A stretch of DNA of 64,000 nucleotides from an uncultured Acidobacteriota bacterium (GCA_963720545.1 OY970399.1:2080001-2144000), one strand, 5' to 3'; positions 48,371-59,144 are shown, counted from the stretch's first letter. Notes: generated from the letters alone by a model not told the origin. Numbers and translations are program-made.

Positions 48371-50419
48371 TCAGCGGCCGTCGACGATGTCGATGCGCTC
48401 GATGACGTCGCCGGGCTCGATGCGGTCGACGACGTCCATGCCCTGCGCGACGAAGCCGAAGAGGGCGTAGGCGCCATCGAGGTGCGGCGTCGGCACGTGC
48501 GTGATGAAGAACTGGCTGCCGCCCGTGTCCTTGCCCGAGAGCGCCATGCCCACCGAGCCGCGGCGATAGGCGCGCGGGCTGAGCTCGCAGCGCAGCATGG
48601 TGCCGGCACCCGGGCTGCCGTTGCCGTCGCCGCGCGGACAGCCGCCCTGGATGACGAAGCCCGGCACCACGCGGTGCAAGGTCAGGCCGTCGTAGAAGCC
48701 GCGGCGCGCCAGTGCCATGAAGGACGCGCTGGTGAGCGGTGCGTCCACCACGTCGAGGCGGATCTCGATGGTGCCGCGGCGGGTGCGCACATAGGCGCGC
48801 GGCGTGAAGAGCGGCGCATCGCTGCGCTGCTCGTAGATGCCGAGCGCCTGGCGGTAGTCGAGGAACGGGCGCGTGACGTTCTCGGGGCCGAGGTCGATGG
48901 GCTCGTCGTCGCCGCGCGCGTGCAGCGCGGCGAGCGCGCGCGCACGCACCACGCGCAGCGGATCGGTGCGCGCGATGTCCTTGATCGCGGCCAGCGCCGC
49001 CGCGTCGTCCTGCGCCGCCAGCGCCTTGATCAGCGCGAAACGCGCGTCGGGATCGGCGTCCTGGAGCGAAGCCTTGTAAGCCGCGTCCAGTGCTTCCGTC
49101 TGGCCCTGCGCCTTCAGCTCTGCGAGCCCCTCGGCGGCCGCGGCGCGCACCGCGAAGTCGGGATCGGCAAGCCGCGACAGGAGTGCCGGCAAGGCCCCTG
49201 CGCCACGCGCGGTGCGCAGCGCCTCGAGCACCGCCGGGATGACGCGCGGCTCCTCGTCGCGCAGCATGCGGTCGAGGATCTCGGACGAGGCGCGGTCGGA
49301 GGCGATGCCGAGGGCCGCCGCGATCTGTGCCCGCACCCAGAACACGGGTTCGGGGTCGAGCCCCGACAACACCAGCGAGAACGCCTCGCCGTCGGTGCGC
49401 GCGAGCGCCGGGAATGCCGCGGAACGGATCCACGGGTCGGCATTGGCGAGATACGGAAAGACCGCGCCTTGCACCGACTTGTCGCCCGGAAGCGCCGCGA
49501 TGGCGCGCAGCGCCTCGTACTTCACCACCGGATTCTCCGACTCGAGAGCGCGCACGGCAGGCGCCACCGCCGCGGCGGCTCCGCTCAGGCCAAGGCCGCG
49601 CAGCGCGGCAACCGCGACGTTCGCGTCGGCGGCGCGCGTCAACTCCGCCAGGCGGGGGACGTCAGCCGGATCCTTGAGTGCCCCGAGGCCGCGCGCCGCG
49701 AACGCCCGGCACAACGGATCGCTCGAGCCGAGCGCCGTTCGCAGGACGGGCGCCAGCTCGGGCTTCTCGATGCGCATCGCAGTCCAGGCGGCGGCCCACC
49801 AGTCGAAGCGCGGCGCGCCGCTCGCCGCATCGATGAGCGCCGTGGCCGCGGCCGGCCCGTCCTTGAGGCGCGCCAGCGCATAGAGCATCAGCTGCGCCGC
49901 ACCCCACTCCGCGTCGGCGGGCGAGCCGTCGTCATCGGCGCCGCCGCGCACCACGATCGGCAGCGGCCGCGAGCCGGTGCTCGCCACCAGCGCCGCGGCG
50001 ATGGCCGCGGCATCGCCTGCATCGCCCAGGCGCCCAAGCGCCTCGGCGGCGCGCCCGCGCACCAGCGCATCCTGCCCGGTGGCGCCAAGCGCCGTGCGCA
50101 GCGCCGGCGCCGCCGCGGGATCGGCGACGAGCCCGAGGGCAAACGCGGCGGTGCGGCGGACCTCGGTGTCGGGATCGCCGAGCAGCTTGGCGAGCGCACC
50201 CGTGATCTCGTGCTCACCAATGCGGCCGGCGGCGAGCGCCGCGCGGCGGCGCACCGAGCGGTCGGGATCGGCGAGCAGCGCCGCAAGCGTGACGCTGCCT
50301 TCGCCGAGCGAGCGGCGATCCTCGAGGACGGCCACGCGCGCGAGCCGCGTCGAACGCGGTGCCAGGGGCGCTTGTGCCTTGGCGGCGAGCAGCAGCGCTA
50401 ACGCGAAGCCGGGCGTCAA
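48371..50419 (-). CDS. Secreted HEAT-repeat protein with C-terminal cyclophilin PPIase
   Basis: Repeated D(P/A)xxxVRxxAA; FYDGLTLHRVVPGFVIQGG, DTGGSQFFI. Confidence 0.9.
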   Translation of the reverse strand: MTPGFALALLLAAKAQAPLAPRSTRLARVAVLEDRRSLGEGSVTLAALLADPDRSVRRRAALAAGRIGEHEITGALAKLLGDPDTEVRRTAAFALGLVADPAAAPALRTALGATGQDALVRGRAAEALGRLGDAGDAAAIAAALVASTGSRPLPIVVRGGADDDGSPADAEWGAAQLMLYALARLKDGPAAATALIDAASGAPRFDWWAAAWTAMRIEKPELAPVLRTALGSSDPLCRAFAARGLGALKDPADVPRLAELTRAADANVAVAALRGLGLSGAAAAVAPAVRALESENPVVKYEALRAIAALPGDKSVQGAVFPYLANADPWIRSAAFPALARTDGEAFSLVLSGLDPEPVFWVRAQIAAALGIASDRASSEILDRMLRDEEPRVIPAVLEALRTARGAGALPALLSRLADPDFAVRAAAAEGLAELKAQGQTEALDAAYKASLQDADPDARFALIKALAAQDDAAALAAIKDIARTDPLRVVRARALAALHARGDDEPIDLGPENVTRPFLDYRQALGIYEQRSDAPLFTPRAYVRTRRGTIEIRLDVVDAPLTSASFMALARRGFYDGLTLHRVVPGFVIQGGCPRGDGNGSPGAGTMLRCELSPRAYRRGSVGMALSGKDTGGSQFFITHVPTPHLDGAYALFGFVAQGMDVVDRIEPGDVIERIDIVDGR

Positions 50420-50998
50420 CTAGTTGGCGGAGCCTCCGAGCGCGCCGCGCGCCGCGGTGATCGCCTTCTTCGTGTCGCTCTCCACGAGCTCGGGGATGTC
50501 CTGGTGCTTCATGCTCGGGCCGGCGTTGCCGGCGGAGCCGCTCGGCGACATCGAGGAGGTCTCGCCCTTGCCGCCGCCCACCGACAGGGTGCCCTCGGGC
50601 AGCGTCTTGCCGAAGCTGCCTTCGGCCACCTTCCATTGCAGCAGGAACCACTGCGCGTACGGCAGCGGCAGCAGCACCAGCTTCTTGTTCTTGCCGTCCT
50701 TCATTTCGAGGACGAAGCCCGCTTCGCGGCCGTTGTCCTTGACGGTCTTGACCGACTCGAACTTGCCCTCGATCCTGAGCTTGCAGCCGTGCTCGCCCGG
50801 CGCGCCGATCCAGGTGATCGTCTTCTTGTTGCGGTCGAGGGTGAGCGTGCCGCCGTCCGGACCGCCCTTTTCCTCGTGTGCCAGCAGCATCTGCAACACG
50901 CCGTTCTCGTCGCTCAGCCATTCGTCCGCACGCACCAAGGGCGCGGCAGCCGACAGCGAGAACAGCAGGAATACCGGTGCGGCAAGGCGTGTCTTCAT
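50420..50998 (-). CDS. Hypothetical secreted protein
   Basis: GAGGGG SD; signal peptide; GC3-rich codons. Confidence 0.75.
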   Translation of the reverse strand: MKTRLAAPVFLLFSLSAAAPLVRADEWLSDENGVLQMLLAHEEKGGPDGGTLTLDRNKKTITWIGAPGEHGCKLRIEGKFESVKTVKDNGREAGFVLEMKDGKNKKLVLLPLPYAQWFLLQWKVAEGSFGKTLPEGTLSVGGGKGETSSMSPSGSAGNAGPSMKHQDIPELVESDTKKAITAARGALGGSAN

Positions 50999-51055
50999 GA
51001 GCGTTGGTCCCCCCTCGGAAGGTGGCGCCCTTCATTGTCCCACTAGAATCAAGCC

Positions 51056-52132
51056 ATGAAAGTCGGAATCATCGGCCTCCCGCTGGTCGGGAAGAGCACT
51101 CTTTTCAGCCTGCTGACGCAGGCGCCGCCGGCGCCGCCGGGCGGCAAGCCCGAGGCCAGGATTGGCATCGCGAAGGTGCCGGACGCACGGCTCGACCGCC
51201 TCGTCGCCATGTTCAAGCCGAAGAAGAGGACCCCGGCGACCGTCGAGTACGTGGACGTGCCGGGCGTCTCCAAAGGCGAAGGCGCGACGCTCGTCGACCT
51301 GCCGGCGCTGCGCGGCGTCGACGCCTTCGTGCACGTGGTGCGCGCCTTCGAGTCGGATGTGGTGCCGCATTCGGAGTCGACGATCGACGCGCTGCGCGAC
51401 GCGAAGATGATCGAGGAGGAGCTGATCCTCGCCGACCTGCTCGCGGTGGACGCGCGGCTCGCGCGCCTCGAGCAGAGCATCAAGAAGCTGAACCGCGCCG
51501 AGGACGTCGCCGAGCGCGCGCTGTTCGCGAAACTGAAACAGGTGCTCGAGAGCGAGCAGCCGCTGCGCGCCGCAGAATTCAGCGACGACGAGCGGAAGAG
51601 GCTGCGCAACTACTCGTTCGTCTCGGAGAAGCCGGTGATCCTGGCGGTCAACCTGGGCGAGGAGCAGATCCGCGAGGCGCAGGCACTCGTCGCGAAGTCG
51701 GGCCTTGCCGCCTTTGCCGCGCGGCCGCGCTACGCGCTGTGCCCGGTGTCGGCGCCGATCGAGGGCGAAATGGCGTCGCTCTCCGCCGAGGATGCCGCGG
51801 CCTTTCGCGCCGACCTCGGCCTCGCCGAGCCCGGCCTCGACCGCGTCATCGCAACTTCCTACCAGGTGCTCGGACTCATTTCGTTCCTCACCGCCGGCGA
51901 CGACGAATGCCGCGCCTGGACCATCCGCCGCGGCACCCGTGCGCAGCAGGCGGCGGGCGAGATCCATTCCGACATCGAGCGCGGCTTCATCCGCGCCGAA
52001 GTGGTGCCGTTCGAGGACCTCATCAAAGCCGGATCGTTCGCCGCCTGCCGCGAGAACGCGACGCTGCGCCTGGAAGGCAAGGAGTACGTGATCCAGGACG
52101 GCGAGGTGGTGCACTACCGGTTCAACGTGTGA
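51056..52132 (+). CDS. ychF: Obg-like ATPase YchF
   Basis: GLPLVGKSTLF, DVPG, HSDIERGFIRAEV, LEGKEYVIQDG. Confidence 0.93.
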   Translation: MKVGIIGLPLVGKSTLFSLLTQAPPAPPGGKPEARIGIAKVPDARLDRLVAMFKPKKRTPATVEYVDVPGVSKGEGATLVDLPALRGVDAFVHVVRAFESDVVPHSESTIDALRDAKMIEEELILADLLAVDARLARLEQSIKKLNRAEDVAERALFAKLKQVLESEQPLRAAEFSDDERKRLRNYSFVSEKPVILAVNLGEEQIREAQALVAKSGLAAFAARPRYALCPVSAPIEGEMASLSAEDAAAFRADLGLAEPGLDRVIATSYQVLGLISFLTAGDDECRAWTIRRGTRAQQAAGEIHSDIERGFIRAEVVPFEDLIKAGSFAACRENATLRLEGKEYVIQDGEVVHYRFNV

Positions 52133-53082
52133 GCGCCTGCCCGCAATGCGGGCGACCGGTGGCGCTGCAGCGCGCCACCTGCCTCTACTGCGGGGCGCCG
52201 CTTGGCGATGCGGCACGGGCGCCCGCCCCGGTGGCGATGCCGCCGCTGGATGCGGCCTCCGCCGCTGGCACCGTTGCCACACCGCCGCCGGGTCCCGCGC
52301 GCGGCATCGTGCTGCTTGATTTCACCCGCGCCGGGATGGGCACGGCGCCGGCCGCGGTCGGCGCGGCACTCGGACTGACACTTCTGGAAGCCGAGCTGCT
52401 GGTGCGGCGCCAGGGGTTGCTCGTGCACCGCATCCTCGCAGAGCCGGCGGCCGAAGCCGAAGCGGCGCGGCTGGGCGCGGCCGGGCTGCGCGCCGAAGTG
52501 ATCGACGAACGGCAGGTGCTGCCGGCGCTTCAGCCGCAGTTGGCACGCGGCGGCGAGTTGCGCGGCGCAGCGCTCGTCCTCGACCTCGGCATCGGCATCG
52601 AGCAGGGCCTCGGCAGCGCGGCGCTCACGGCCGGCGATCTCGAGCTGGTGGTGCGCGGCCCGATCGCGCGCGAGTACACCGCGGTCGCGGTGCGGCGCCG
52701 CGTGCGCACGGCAACGCTCGAGCCCGGCTACCGCTTCCACCTCCACCGGCGCGGCGGGGCGTCATTGATCCCGATCGAGATCGATCCGGCCACCTTCGTC
52801 TTTCCACGCAGCGACCGGCCGTGGTCGTCGCTGCTGACGCTCGGCGGCTGGATCGCGGCTCTCGGGCTTGCAAGCGGCCGCGACGACGACTCGTTCCGCC
52901 GCGAGACTCCGGCTCTCGGCCTCGAGGAGCCGGCGCGCACCGACCTCGGCGCGCTGCTGCGCACCTCTGGCACCGCCGCGCGCCGCGACGACAACGGCCC
53001 GGCCGTCATGGACAACCTGCGCCAGTTCCGCTGGCATTCGGGCCTGCGCGCCGCCCTGGCGCGCGCACGCGCAACTCGCTAA
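52129..53082 (+). CDS. Hypothetical protein with N-terminal zinc ribbon
   Basis: GTG overlapping the ychF stop; CPQC...CLYC. Confidence 0.7.
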   Translation: MSACPQCGRPVALQRATCLYCGAPLGDAARAPAPVAMPPLDAASAAGTVATPPPGPARGIVLLDFTRAGMGTAPAAVGAALGLTLLEAELLVRRQGLLVHRILAEPAAEAEAARLGAAGLRAEVIDERQVLPALQPQLARGGELRGAALVLDLGIGIEQGLGSAALTAGDLELVVRGPIAREYTAVAVRRRVRTATLEPGYRFHLHRRGGASLIPIEIDPATFVFPRSDRPWSSLLTLGGWIAALGLASGRDDDSFRRETPALGLEEPARTDLGALLRTSGTAARRDDNGPAVMDNLRQFRWHSGLRAALARARATR

Positions 53083-53119
53083 CGAGCAAAAAGCACCCCG
53101 TGTTACCGTTCCGGCCAAG

Positions 53120-54091
53120 GTGAAACTCATCGTCCAGATACCGGCGCTGAACGAGGAGGGCACCCTGCCCGCAACCCTTGCGGCGATCCCGCGGCAGATT
53201 CCCGGCATCGACGTGGTCGAGGTGCTGGTGATCGACGACGGCTCGTCCGACCGCACCACCGCGGTCGCGCGCGAGCATGGCGCCGACCACATCGTCCGCT
53301 TCCGCCGCCGCCGCGGGCTGGCGCACGGCTTCATGGCGGGCCTCGACGCGGCGCTGCGGCTCGGCGCCGACGTCATCGTCAACACCGACGCCGACCACCA
53401 GTACCCGGGCAAGGAAATCCCGCGGCTCATCGGCCCGATCCTGAACGGCGAGGCCGACCTGGTCGTGGGCGACCGCCGCGTCTCGGAAGTGGCGCATTTC
53501 TCGTGGGGCAAGCGCCGCCTGCAGGGCTTCGGCTCGTGGGTGGTGCGCAAGGTTTCGGGCACCGAACTGCCCGACACCACCAGCGGCTTCCGCGCTTTCA
53601 CCCGCGAGGCGGCGCTGCGCATCAACATCGTCAGCGAGTTCACCTACACGCTCGAGTCGATCATCCAGGCCGGCAAGAAGCGCCTCGCGGTCGCGCACCT
53701 GCCGATCGAGTCGCAGGAGACGCGGCCGTCGCGGCTCTTCGGTTCGACCTGGGAGTACGTGAAGCGCAGCGGCGCCACCATCGTGCGCATCTACGCGATG
53801 TACGAGCCGTTCAAGGTGTTCATGATCCTCGGCTCGCTGCTGCTCGGCGCCGGCGTGCTGCTCGGCCTGCGCTACGCGTGGTTCTGGTGGCTCGGCGACA
53901 TCCGCGGCCACCTGCAGTCGGCGATCCTCTCGGTGCTGCTGCTGATCCTCGGCTTCCAGACGCTGCTCTGGGGGCTGATGGCGGACCTCGTCGCCAGCAA
54001 CCGCAAGCTGCTCGAGGACCTGCTCTACCGCACGCGGCTCGCCGAGGCCGGCGGGCTGCGCGGCGGCGAGGCGGGGCCGGGACGTGGCTGA
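53120..54091 (+). CDS. GT2 glycosyltransferase (DPM/ArnC-like, C-terminal TMs)
   Basis: IPALNEE, IDDGSSD, DADHQY, DTTSGFR. Confidence 0.92.
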   Translation: MKLIVQIPALNEEGTLPATLAAIPRQIPGIDVVEVLVIDDGSSDRTTAVAREHGADHIVRFRRRRGLAHGFMAGLDAALRLGADVIVNTDADHQYPGKEIPRLIGPILNGEADLVVGDRRVSEVAHFSWGKRRLQGFGSWVVRKVSGTELPDTTSGFRAFTREAALRINIVSEFTYTLESIIQAGKKRLAVAHLPIESQETRPSRLFGSTWEYVKRSGATIVRIYAMYEPFKVFMILGSLLLGAGVLLGLRYAWFWWLGDIRGHLQSAILSVLLLILGFQTLLWGLMADLVASNRKLLEDLLYRTRLAEAGGLRGGEAGPGRG

Positions 54092-54935
54092 GGCGGCGGA
54101 GGTCTCGGTCGTCATTCCAGCTTTCGGCGAAGAGGCGGCAGTGGGCGCGGTGATCGAACGGCTGCGCGCCGCCTTCGCCTTCCGCGAGATCCTGGTGATC
54201 GACGACGCCTCGCCCGACGCGACCGCGGAGCGCGCCGCGGCCGCCGGCGCCACCGTCCTCCGCCATCCGTACAACAAGGGCAACGGCGCCGCGGTCAAGA
54301 CCGGCATCCGTGCGGCGCAGGCGCCGTACGTGCTGCTGATGGACGCCGACGGCCAGCACGACCCCTCGGACGTCGCGAAGCTGCTCGAACCACTCGGCGA
54401 ATACGACCTCGTGATCGGCGCGCGCGCCGCGGCCGACCAGTCGCTGCTTCGCTCCCTCGGCAACCGGGTCTTCAACACGCTCGCCACCTGGCTCACCGGC
54501 CGGCGCATCCCCGACCTCACGTCGGGATTTCGCGCGGCGCGCCGCGAACGCCTCATGGAGGTGATCCACCTCCTCCCCAACCGCTTCTCCTACCCGACCA
54601 CCACCTGCCTGTCGTTCCTGAAGGCCGGCCACAACGTCACCTTCGTGCCGGTGGCGGCGCGCGCGCGCGTCGGCGCGAGCAAGATCCGGCCGTTGCGCGA
54701 CGGCGTCAAGTTCCTGCTCATCATCTTCAGGATCGTCACGCTCTACAGCCCGCTGCGCATCTTCGCGCCGCTCGCCTGCGCGTCGTTCCTGCTCGGCGGC
54801 GTTTATGGCGTGTGGAACGTGGTGCAGCACGGCAAGATCCCGATGGGCTCGGCGCTCCTCATCCAGCTCGCGGTCGTGGTCTTCCTCTTCGGCCTCATCT
54901 CGGAACAGATCGCCGCGGGCCAGGACCGGCGGTGA
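54084..54935 (+). CDS. GT2 glycosyltransferase (DPM-like)
   Basis: IDDASPD, NKGNGAA, DADGQH, DLTSGFR. Confidence 0.92.
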   Translation: MAEAAEVSVVIPAFGEEAAVGAVIERLRAAFAFREILVIDDASPDATAERAAAAGATVLRHPYNKGNGAAVKTGIRAAQAPYVLLMDADGQHDPSDVAKLLEPLGEYDLVIGARAAADQSLLRSLGNRVFNTLATWLTGRRIPDLTSGFRAARRERLMEVIHLLPNRFSYPTTTCLSFLKAGHNVTFVPVAARARVGASKIRPLRDGVKFLLIIFRIVTLYSPLRIFAPLACASFLLGGVYGVWNVVQHGKIPMGSALLIQLAVVVFLFGLISEQIAAGQDRR

Positions 54936-57454
54936 CCCGCCGTTTCCGGCTGCGGGACGGCCACATCATCACCCTGCTCGCCTTGCTGCCGGCGATTGCG
55001 CTCTCGCCCTTCTGGCTCGCGGGCCGCCTGCTCGGGCCGGGCGACGGTGCCGCGCTGCACTTTCCGCTGCGCGCCGCCGTCTGGGACGCGTATCGCCACT
55101 TCGACCTGCCGTCGTGGAACGCCGGCATCTTCTTCGGCACGCCGCTGCTCGCCGCGTACCGGCCCGGCGCCTTCTATCCGCTGATGCCGCTGCTGGCACC
55201 GTTCTATCCGTTCGACGCCTTCCAGGCGCTGGTCTTGTTGTCGCTCGGCGCCGCGGCGGTGCTCACCTTCCTCTACCTGCGGCGCCTCGGCGCGCACACC
55301 GTCGGCGCCTACGTCGCAGCACTGGCGTTTGCACTCGGCCCCTACCTCATCGGCCACCTCAGCGACACGGCCACCCTGGTTGCGGCGCCGACGCTGCCAC
55401 TGCTGCTGCTCGCGGCGGAGTCGCACATGAACAAGGCGCGGCCAGGGCGCGCGGTGGGCCTGGCCGCCGCAGTCGCGCTGCTGCTCCTCGCCGGTTCGCC
55501 CGAAGCCGCGCGCGCCGGGCTCGCACTCGTCGCCGGCCGCGTGCTCCTCGGCCATGTGCTGCGCGGGCCGCGCACGCCGCCCGTCTGGATGAGCGCCGTG
55601 GCGCTTGCCGGCGGCTTGTGCCTCGCGGCGCCGCAGCTGCTGCCGGCGCTCGCCACCGCATCGCAGTCGGGGCTGCGCACCACGGGCCTTGCGAATCCGC
55701 CTGGGGAAGACCTGCCCGGACTCTCCGGACTGGTGCTGCGCTACGTCTCGCACAGCCCGGCGCCGGCGCTGGCCCTGGCCGCGGTGCCGCTGGTCTTCAC
55801 GCAGCTGCCGTTTCGCGCACTGGCGGTGGCGCTCGCGGTCTGCCTCGGGCTGCAGTGGGGGCGCGGGCCGCTGTCGGCGCCGGGAGCCCTGCCTCTCGTC
55901 TTCGACCTGGCGCTCGCGGTGCTCGCCGGGCTCTCGATGTCGGCCGCCTGGCGCTCGCGCCACCTGCGCCTCGGCCGCCGGCTGCGCGCGCATTTCCTGG
56001 TGGCGGCGATGGCGTCGGCGGCGGCGCTCTCGTTCGCGGCGATGTTCGGCGGGCCGCTGCCGCAGACGCTCGCGGGCGCCGTCGGCGTCCTCGCCGTCGC
56101 GTTCATCCTGTGGTTCCTGCTGGCCGAGAACCGCGACCCGGTGATCGCTGGAGTGTTCCTGCTGCCGCTCACGGTTTCCTTCCTGCTGCAGCCGCACGCC
56201 CGCCAGGTCGCGGGGGCGGCACCGCTGCGCACGGAGCTGATGAACGGCACCACCACCCGCGCCGCGGTGGACGGCGCCATGGGCGCGCGCGTCGGCGAGC
56301 CGATCCTGGCGCTCGCCTTCCAGTGGCCCGGCGACGCGGCAATCGACCTCGGCTACGCCAATTTCGGCGCGCTCACCGGGCGGCGCAGCGTCAACGGCTA
56401 CGACCCGATGGTGGCGGAGCGCATCCGCCAGGCGTTCGACGGCATGGGCGCCGGCGGCGGGCTTCACCCCGATTTCCTCGCGGCCGATCCGGCGCGCCTC
56501 GGCTTCCTCGGCGTGCGCTGGGTGGAGGTGCCCGGCGCGATGCTGCGCCCCGGTGGCCCGGGCGGCGGGCCGCACGGCGAACCGCAGCCGCTCGACGTGC
56601 CGCTCGGCGACGCGCCGCGCGACTTCGCATTGCCCTTCACCGCGGCGACGGCGGTGGCGGTGGAAGCGGTGCTCGCGAACCCGGCCGCCTTCCGGCCCGC
56701 GGACGTGATCGCTCACCTGGACGCGCGGCTCGCCAGCGGCCGCGCGTTTCGCCTCAACCTCAGCGCCGCGCAGCCGGCGGCGCAGCTTTTGCTGCCCGGC
56801 CGCTACAACGTGGTCGGCGTGCGGGTCACGCGCGCCGCACCGCAGGCGCAGCTGACGATCCGCGCGCTGGGCCTCGACGATACCGTCACCCGCAAGCGCA
56901 CGCCGGTCTCGCCCGCATCCGCCTTCACCAGCGACACGGGGCTGTTTCGCAGCGCGCTCCAGACCTCGGCGGTGAGCCTCTACGAAGTGCGCTCCTGCCA
57001 GGGCCCGCGGGTGGTGGCACGCACCCGCCGCCTCGAGTCGGATGCGGCAGTGCTCGCCGCCCTGCGCGAACTCACGGCGCACGGCATCGACGTCGACGAC
57101 GAGGCGCTGGTGACCGCCGCCGATGCCGACGGCGAGGATCCCGCCGGCGGCCGCACGTCGCATGCTGCGGTGAGCCGCGATGCCGGCAGCCGCATCGACT
57201 TGTTCGCGGAAGGGCCGGGCACGCTGGTGCTGCCGCTCGCCTTCGACGCCGGCTGGCACGCGACCGTGGACGACGACTTCCGCCGCCTGTTCCGCGTCAA
57301 CCATTTCCAGTCGGCGTTGCGGCTCGGCGCCGGCACCCACCGCATCGCGCTGCGCTACCGCCCGCGCGGGCTCGGCGCGGCGCTGCCGCTGGCACTTCTT
57401 GCGGCGCTCGGCCTCGCGGCCTGGGCCGGCGCGAAAAGTACAATGAGCGCGTGA
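54932..57454 (+). CDS. YfhO-like multi-TM GT-C membrane protein
   Basis: PSWNAGIFFGTP, AFYP, APQLLP, NGYDP, AGWHATVD...GTHRIALRYRP. Confidence 0.8.
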   Translation: MTRRFRLRDGHIITLLALLPAIALSPFWLAGRLLGPGDGAALHFPLRAAVWDAYRHFDLPSWNAGIFFGTPLLAAYRPGAFYPLMPLLAPFYPFDAFQALVLLSLGAAAVLTFLYLRRLGAHTVGAYVAALAFALGPYLIGHLSDTATLVAAPTLPLLLLAAESHMNKARPGRAVGLAAAVALLLLAGSPEAARAGLALVAGRVLLGHVLRGPRTPPVWMSAVALAGGLCLAAPQLLPALATASQSGLRTTGLANPPGEDLPGLSGLVLRYVSHSPAPALALAAVPLVFTQLPFRALAVALAVCLGLQWGRGPLSAPGALPLVFDLALAVLAGLSMSAAWRSRHLRLGRRLRAHFLVAAMASAAALSFAAMFGGPLPQTLAGAVGVLAVAFILWFLLAENRDPVIAGVFLLPLTVSFLLQPHARQVAGAAPLRTELMNGTTTRAAVDGAMGARVGEPILALAFQWPGDAAIDLGYANFGALTGRRSVNGYDPMVAERIRQAFDGMGAGGGLHPDFLAADPARLGFLGVRWVEVPGAMLRPGGPGGGPHGEPQPLDVPLGDAPRDFALPFTAATAVAVEAVLANPAAFRPADVIAHLDARLASGRAFRLNLSAAQPAAQLLLPGRYNVVGVRVTRAAPQAQLTIRALGLDDTVTRKRTPVSPASAFTSDTGLFRSALQTSAVSLYEVRSCQGPRVVARTRRLESDAAVLAALRELTAHGIDVDDEALVTAADADGEDPAGGRTSHAAVSRDAGSRIDLFAEGPGTLVLPLAFDAGWHATVDDDFRRLFRVNHFQSALRLGAGTHRIALRYRPRGLGAALPLALLAALGLAAWAGAKSTMSA

Positions 57455-58155
57455 GCGTGCGCAGCCTGTCGGTATTCTTCCCGGCCTACAACGACGCCGG
57501 CACCATCGCGAGCCTCGCTCTGGTCGCGCACATGGCGGCGCGCGAGCTGACCCCCGACTACGAGGTGATAGTCATCGACGACGGCAGCCCCGACCACACC
57601 GGCGCGGTGCTCGACGAGATGGCGCTGCATTTCCCCTGGCTCAAGGTGGTCCACCACGGCGCCAACCGCGGCTACGGCGGCGCGCTGCGCTCCGGCTTCG
57701 AGCACGCTTCGAAGGAGCTGGTCTTCTACACCGACGGTGACGCGCAGTACGATCCGCGCGAGATCGCGGTGCTGTGGCGCGCGCTGCGCGACGACGTCGA
57801 CTTCGTCAACGGCTACAAGATCGGCCGCTCCGATCCGCTGCACCGCGTCGTCATCGGCCGGCTCTACCACTGGTTCGTGAAGCTGATGTTCGGCCTGCGC
57901 ATGCGGGACGTCGACTGCGACTTCCGTCTGATGCGCCGCAGCATCTTCGCCAAGGTGCGGCTGACACGCTCCTCCGGCGTGATCTGCGTCGAGCTCATGA
58001 AGAAGGTGCAGGACGGCGGCTTCCGCATCGCCGAGGTGCCGGTGCACCACTACCACCGCAGCTACGGCCGTTCGCAGTTCTTCAACTTCCCGCGCGTGTT
58101 TCGCACCCTCCTCGACCTCGCGAAGCTGTGGGTCGAGCTGGTGGTGCGCAGGTGA
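57451..58155 (+). CDS. GT2 glycosyltransferase (DPM-like)
   Basis: FPAYND, IDDGSPD, NRGYGGA, DGDAQY, DVDCDFR. Confidence 0.92.
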   Translation: MSVRSLSVFFPAYNDAGTIASLALVAHMAARELTPDYEVIVIDDGSPDHTGAVLDEMALHFPWLKVVHHGANRGYGGALRSGFEHASKELVFYTDGDAQYDPREIAVLWRALRDDVDFVNGYKIGRSDPLHRVVIGRLYHWFVKLMFGLRMRDVDCDFRLMRRSIFAKVRLTRSSGVICVELMKKVQDGGFRIAEVPVHHYHRSYGRSQFFNFPRVFRTLLDLAKLWVELVVRR

Positions 58156-59144
58156 GCGGCCACCGCGACGCCTACCGCGGCAAGACGGCGCTGGTCACCG
58201 GCGGCCTCGGCTTCATCGGCTCCAACCTGTGTCGCACGCTCGCCGACCTCGGCGCCGACGTGCTCGCGGTCGACAGCCTGCTTCCCGACTACGGCGGCAA
58301 CCTCTTCAACCTCGACGGCTACGAGGGCCGGGTGCGGGTCAACTACGCCGACGTCCGCGGCCACGCGATGGAGCACCTGGTGCGCGGCGCCGACTACCTC
58401 TTCAACCTGGCGGGCCAGGTGAGCCACATCGACTCGATGACCGACCCGTTCACCGACCTCGAGATCAACTGCCGCAGCCAGCTGTGGATCCTCGAGGCGG
58501 TACGCAAGCAGAACCCCGAGGTGAAGATCGTCTACGCGGGCACGCGCCAGGTGTACGGCAAGCCGCAGCACCTGCCGGTCAGCGAGGCGCATCCCCTGAA
58601 CCCGACCGACGTCAACGGCATCAACAAGATCTCGGGCGAGCTCTACCATCTCGTCTACCACTCGGTGTACGGCCTGCGGGCGTGCTCGCTGCGGCTCACC
58701 AACACCTACGGCCCGCGCCAGCTCATCCGCCATCCGCGCCAGGGCTTCATCGGCTGGTTCTTCCGCAAGGCGGTGCTCGGCGAGACCATCGAGCTCTTCG
58801 GCGACGGCACCCAGGTGCGCGACTTCGACTACGTGGACGACGTGGTGGACGCGTTCCTGCGCGCCGGCGCCGCGGACGCCGCCGACGGCCAGGTCTTCAA
58901 CCTGGGCGGCGGCGCCACCAGTTCGCTGGGCGCGCTCGCCAACCTGCTCGTGGAACTCGCCGGGCGCGGCCAGGTCGAGCTGCGGCCGTTCCCGGAAGAC
59001 CGCAAGCGCATCGACATCGGCGACTTCACCTCGGATGCCGGGAAGATCAAGGGCATGCTGGGGTGGGAGTCGCAGACGCCGCTGCGCAGCGGCGTCGAGA
59101 CGACGCTGCGCTACTACCTGGCCCACAAGGAGCGCTACTTGTGA
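58152..59144 (+). CDS. NAD-dependent epimerase/dehydratase (extended SDR)
   Basis: TGGLGFIG, FNLAG, RLTNTYGP, GDGTQVRDF. Confidence 0.92.
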   Translation: MSGHRDAYRGKTALVTGGLGFIGSNLCRTLADLGADVLAVDSLLPDYGGNLFNLDGYEGRVRVNYADVRGHAMEHLVRGADYLFNLAGQVSHIDSMTDPFTDLEINCRSQLWILEAVRKQNPEVKIVYAGTRQVYGKPQHLPVSEAHPLNPTDVNGINKISGELYHLVYHSVYGLRACSLRLTNTYGPRQLIRHPRQGFIGWFFRKAVLGETIELFGDGTQVRDFDYVDDVVDAFLRAGAADAADGQVFNLGGGATSSLGALANLLVELAGRGQVELRPFPEDRKRIDIGDFTSDAGKIKGMLGWESQTPLRSGVETTLRYYLAHKERYL

